Assembly: GCA_049967475.1 (NCBI GenBank)
Contig: JBMFSQ010000003.1
Span: 64,001-128,000, forward strand
Direction of reading: 5' to 3'
Origin: Chthonomonadales bacterium
Lineage (GTDB): Bacteria; Armatimonadota; Chthonomonadetes; Chthonomonadales; CAJBBX01
Length of the DNA stretch: 64,000 nucleotides
A program made the position numbers and the translations under genes. Below, one piece after another: positions 60,102 through 64,000 of the stretch. The first letter of the stretch is position 1. Each line of letters begins with the position of its first letter. The notes under the pieces were generated by a model, which saw nothing but the letters and a program-made list of their open reading frames with translations, ran no database searches and was not told the origin of the DNA.

Positions 60102-60725
60102 TTAGGAATACGCTTCGTCGGCAGGGAAAACAGTTGCCGCGGGTTCCGTGGTGACGGCTTTGCAGCGGGCCAGATCGCCTGGGGTATTGATATTGGTGAA
60201 TGTCAGCAGGCGCGGATCCACCTCTTCTAAGAGCGCCTGTGCCACATGGAGAACGTCCATGCTCTCCAAAGCACGGTGGAGAGCCCGCTCACCTTCATTC
60301 AAGCGAGCCCGGAGGTGCGCAACGGCTCGGCCCGAGTACGCCGCGCACGTGGGCTGCAAGCAGCCGTGCACCACGGGAACCGCCGCGTCATGCCCCTCCA
60401 CGAGCTGAAGCAGCAATTGGAGCACGCGTGCATTCAAGAACGGCATATCACAGGCAGCCACCAGGTGGTTGCCTGTTCCCGCAGCCATGAGGCCGGTCAC
60501 GATGCCTGCCAAGGGGCCGGCGTCCATGACAATGTCGTGCACCACCTTTGTGTCGTGCGGCGCCGGGCAGGTGCTCGCCGGCGATGCTACCACGTACACC
60601 GGATGGGTTACCTCGCCGAGGCGCGCGACGACGGCGTCCAGCAGCGTGCGGCCATCCCAGAGCAGCGACGCTTTGTCCCGCCCCATGCGTATGCTTTTGC
60701 CGCCCGCCAGCACGATGCCTGCCAT
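60102..60725 (-). CDS. mobA: Molybdenum cofactor guanylyltransferase
   Basis: LAGGKS.RMG.DKA, GPLAGI, ACDMPF, NINTPGDL. Confidence 0.93.
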   Translation of the reverse strand: MAGIVLAGGKSIRMGRDKASLLWDGRTLLDAVVARLGEVTHPVYVVASPASTCPAPHDTKVVHDIVMDAGPLAGIVTGLMAAGTGNHLVAACDMPFLNARVLQLLLQLVEGHDAAVPVVHGCLQPTCAAYSGRAVAHLRARLNEGERALHRALESMDVLHVAQALLEEVDPRLLTFTNINTPGDLARCKAVTTEPAATVFPADEAYS

Positions 60726-60842
60726 CGCAATGCTCCCATCGGGGTAAAACTATTATAGCGGCCGCGGGTCCATAACACAACGGGCCGCGGTGTCTACGCG
60801 GCACGACTTTGAAGCACATCGCTGGACAGAAAGGCAGGGACA

Positions 60843-61862
60843 ATGGCCGTAGGGGGCGACAGTCTGCACAAAGTGATCATTCTAGGAAGCGGGCCGGCGG
60901 GATACACTGCCGCACTCTATACGGCTCGGGCCAACCTAGAGCCATTGCTGGTGGATGGCGGGGCCGGGATGGGGCAAGCGCTTCAGGGCCAGGGCGGCCA
61001 GCTTACCATCACTACGGAAGTAGAGAATTACCCGGGATTTCCCGAAGGCATCATGGGCCCGGAACTCATGATCCGCATGCGAGAACAGGTGGCACGCTTT
61101 GGGACGCGCTTCGTTGAAGACCTCGCGACACGTGTAGACATCACGCAGCGGCCCTTCAAGGTTTGGGTGGGTGACGACACGTACCTATGTCGCGTGCTGA
61201 TCATCGCCACCGGAGCTTCGGCGCGCTGGCTCGGACTGGAGGCGGAAAAGCCGGTGTTCGAGGGCGGATTGGGCGGCGCCGGCGTGTCTGCGTGCGCTAC
61301 CTGCGATGGAGCCCTGCCTATATTCCGCAACAAAGAATTGGCGGTGGTGGGCGGGGGAGACACCGCCGTCGAAGAGGCGCTTTACCTCACGCATTTTGCT
61401 TCGAGGGTATACCTGATCCACCGGCGCGACCAACTACGGGCATCCAAGATCATGCAAAGGCGCCTCATGGAGAACCCCAAGATCCACATCCTCTGGAACA
61501 AGGTCGTGGTAGACATTCACGATGTGAAGATCAAGCGCGTCACCGGAGTGACCCTCAAGGACACCGTGACCGGTGAACAAAGCTTTCTGCCCATCGGAGG
61601 GCTCTTTATCGCCATCGGCCACAAGCCCAACAGCGATATGTTCGTTGGCCAGTTGGAACTGGATCCCGCGGGATATATCGTTACCCACAAGGACGTGCGC
61701 ACGAGCGTTCCGGGCGTATTCGCCTGCGGCGACGTGCAAGATCACGAGTACCGCCAGGCGATTACGGCCGCGGGTTCCGGATGCATGGCCGCAATTCAGG
61801 CCGAGCGGTACCTGGCAGCCCTGGGCGAGGATCCGGCCGCCATTCCTTCAGATCCCTGGTAG
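60843..61862 (+). CDS. trxB: Thioredoxin-disulfide reductase
   Basis: GSGPAGYTAA, GGQL..T.EVENYPGF, CATCDG, GGGDTA.EEA, YRQAITAAG.GC. Confidence 0.96.
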   Translation: MAVGGDSLHKVIILGSGPAGYTAALYTARANLEPLLVDGGAGMGQALQGQGGQLTITTEVENYPGFPEGIMGPELMIRMREQVARFGTRFVEDLATRVDITQRPFKVWVGDDTYLCRVLIIATGASARWLGLEAEKPVFEGGLGGAGVSACATCDGALPIFRNKELAVVGGGDTAVEEALYLTHFASRVYLIHRRDQLRASKIMQRRLMENPKIHILWNKVVVDIHDVKIKRVTGVTLKDTVTGEQSFLPIGGLFIAIGHKPNSDMFVGQLELDPAGYIVTHKDVRTSVPGVFACGDVQDHEYRQAITAAGSGCMAAIQAERYLAALGEDPAAIPSDPW

Positions 61863-61883
61863 TTTCGCAGAAGGTGCATCGCC

Positions 61884-63047
61884 ATGCGCTTCGGAGACAT
61901 CATCGGCCACGAGCCGGCAATCCGTGTGCTCCGGCGAGCGCTTGCCTATGGCGAGGACACGGGTACGTTCCTTATCTTGGGTGAAGCCGGCGTCGGCAAG
62001 ACGGCGTTGGCGGAAGCATTTGCCGCCGCGGCGGCTTGCCTTAGCCCTCAGCGGGAGCCCTTCGACGCCTGCGGGGAATGCGCATCCTGCCGACGGGCTG
62101 TTGTCGGCGCCCAACCTGAGATCGTCACGATCGCTCCGGCTGGGGAGCAGACGCAGATTTGGCAATTCTGGGACCGCGAGGGTAAGCCGCCCGGCGTGCT
62201 TCAGAGAGCGCTTGGCTTCGCGCCCACTGTGGGTCGCAAGCGTGTATTCATAATCGAGCGGGCCGACACCCTCACGGAAGCGGCTGCAAACAGCCTGCTC
62301 AAGGTGCTCGAGGAGCCGCCGCCCTACGTGCTTTTTGTGCTGCTTGCGGCCCATGCGTCGCGCCTCTTGCCCACCATTCTTTCCCGGGCGAGGATGCTTC
62401 GTCTTTCGCCTGTGCCCGTTGACGAGTTGGCTGCCCGCCTTCAGGAGGTAGCCCATCTGTCCTACGATGAGGCCCGAGCCCTGGCGATTGCTTCCGGGGG
62501 GCGGCCGGGGGTCGCTCTTTCATACGCCCGAGCTGAGGGAGGTACTGGTGACATGGATCGCGTGCTGGATTGGGCCGAGGCGCTCCCTACAGCGCCGGCT
62601 CTGGCCGCGCCCCAGCTTGCGGACACATTCAGGCGGTTGACTGCGTCGGCCACGAGTTCCGCCTCTGAAGCCGTCGAGGCGTCGGGAGACGACGGCGCAG
62701 GCACAGACCGTGTGGGACGCGGGAAGGCTGCGGCCGCCGTAGACCTCGCAACGATGCTGTATCGCGATCTGCTGGCTGCTAGCCTCAAGCGTAACGCAGA
62801 AGCTTTGGTTTTCCAGCATCGTAGCAGCAGGGTATTGGCTTTGGCGCATGCGGCCCCGCCTGTCGTGTGGGCATCGTGTTTGGAAGCCCTGCTGAAGGCC
62901 CGGCGCAGGCTGGACCAAAACGTGTCGGTACGGCTCGTATTGGAGGGCCTCACCGCGGAACTCGTGGCGGCGTGCACGCCGATGGCCCCAGACAACAGAA
63001 ACCGCAAACCGAAGGGAGAAGAGGATGAGCCGGTGGAAGCAAGGTGA
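61884..63047 (+). CDS. holB: DNA polymerase III delta' subunit
   Basis: GEAGVGKT, CGECASC, AANSLLKVLEEPP, LLPTILSR. Confidence 0.88.
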   Translation: MRFGDIIGHEPAIRVLRRALAYGEDTGTFLILGEAGVGKTALAEAFAAAAACLSPQREPFDACGECASCRRAVVGAQPEIVTIAPAGEQTQIWQFWDREGKPPGVLQRALGFAPTVGRKRVFIIERADTLTEAAANSLLKVLEEPPPYVLFVLLAAHASRLLPTILSRARMLRLSPVPVDELAARLQEVAHLSYDEARALAIASGGRPGVALSYARAEGGTGDMDRVLDWAEALPTAPALAAPQLADTFRRLTASATSSASEAVEASGDDGAGTDRVGRGKAAAAVDLATMLYRDLLAASLKRNAEALVFQHRSSRVLALAHAAPPVVWASCLEALLKARRRLDQNVSVRLVLEGLTAELVAACTPMAPDNRNRKPKGEEDEPVEAR

Positions 63048-63528
63048 CCGTGTGCGCATCGTCGCGCGCGAAGTAACGGCAGATGATCTGAAGAACCAAA
63101 CATACTTTGGCCACTATGGAGGCCTCACCGGCACAGTCCAGAAGGTCTATAACGATTTGGAGATTGCCGTGGAGGTGCATCCGGAGAGCCTTTCGCAAGA
63201 AATACGGGATCGGCACCTGGATGTGCGCAACCAGATGAAAACCAAATGGCTGGAAGGCCTTTCCGAAGAGGGGAGGAGCCATCTTACAGAGCGCGAGAAG
63301 GATTTCAACCTTCGCTATGTGGTTCTCGTGTCCGGTAAGGACTTGGAAAAGGTCCCTGGGGAGGGCGGTGCTCCATCCGCTCAGGGCAAAGGCTCCGGGC
63401 CCAAGAAGGAACAAGGAGAACATGTCGCCACCATCGTGGAAGGTTCTTCGGCGGCGCGCAAGACGTTAGCCGAAATCGAGGCAGCCGAACAAGCCGAGCT
63501 GTTGAAGCGGGCGTCGGGCGAAAAGTAG
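63025..63528 (+). CDS. Hypothetical protein with KOW/SH3-like N-terminus
   Basis: WKQGDRVRIV..GLTGTVQKVY; overlaps the holB end; purine-rich SD. Confidence 0.7.
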   Translation: MSRWKQGDRVRIVAREVTADDLKNQTYFGHYGGLTGTVQKVYNDLEIAVEVHPESLSQEIRDRHLDVRNQMKTKWLEGLSEEGRSHLTEREKDFNLRYVVLVSGKDLEKVPGEGGAPSAQGKGSGPKKEQGEHVATIVEGSSAARKTLAEIEAAEQAELLKRASGEK

Positions 63529-63665
63529 CAGCCGGCCGGTATCGCCGGACCCATCGCATTCGGCTGCTTCATGGGGTTGGGGTGGGAGAGGAAGGGCCGC
63601 TTGGACGTCCTGGCCGACGGCATGAAGGGCAATGAGGTTCCTGCGCTCCAATCAGGGAGGAGGCC

Positions 63666-64000
63666 GTGATAGATCTCGAACAACTGCTGCCCCAGATAGC
63701 GGACCTCGTGCAATACCGTCTCGCCGAGCTGGCGGCGTGTAGGGGTGGGAAGGATGCCGCGCTGGAGGTAATCGCGGGGTTGGCGGAAGGATGGGAGACG
63801 CTGGCCGAGCGCATCGAAGCTGCCGATGCAGGAGGTCTCATCGCGATTCCTCAGGAGGCGCCTCCGGCCCGCCATCCCTTGCCGGCGGTGCCGCGCGTGT
63901 ATTGCGTCGTAGCGACCGATGGCTCCCAAATCGGCTATGACCGCCATGAGGTGGCGCCCTGTGCCCTCATCAACGTTGGGCGTGTACGCATCGAGTATGA
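63666..64000 (+). CDS. nurA: NurA-family nuclease, N-terminal part (runs off the window; absent from the ORF track)
   Basis: Translated by hand from GTG 63666 (SD GGAGGAGG): ...YCVVATDGSQIGYDRHEVAPCALINVGRVRIEY, matching the NurA DGS catalytic motif; no stop before 64000. Confidence 0.78.
   Translation, partial: MIDLEQLLPQIADLVQYRLAELAACRGGKDAALEVIAGLAEGWETLAERIEAADAGGLIAIPQEAPPARHPLPAVPRVYCVVATDGSQIGYDRHEVAPCALINVGRVRIEY

Noticed and set aside
63381..63947. 188-aa minus-strand ORF at the window end
   Set aside because: Antisense to the NurA-like frame, which has an SD and a catalytic motif.

Overview
A GC-rich, gene-dense bacterial chromosomal window with about 60 CDS. I saw no rRNA, tRNA, CRISPR array, transposase or integrase. 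Gene content (two prepilin-like H-x9-DG proteins, TPR/CRTAC1 pairs, a DUF6785-like membrane protein) suggests Armatimonadota or a similar lineage; this is inference. Housekeeping genes include ygfZ, sbcD/sbcC, fabI, yebC, groES/groEL with a perfect CIRCE, priA, moaC/mobA, trxB, holB and a truncated nurA missing from the ORF track. The most interesting signal is in an ABC-2/MoxR/rhomboid operon. One long coiled-coil gene (33996-35672, minus) is split by an in-frame TGA that forms a U-x-x-C motif and is followed immediately by a ~20-bp hairpin with bacterial SECIS geometry, making it a candidate unrecognised selenoprotein. Other notable items are a RING/zinc-ribbon gene between sbcD and sbcC, a CRTAC1-like gene broken by one in-frame TAA, a divergent DprA paralogue, and a triplet of DUF421 genes beside a ferritin-like/VIT1 protein. 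All family assignments come from motif recognition by eye, not database searches.
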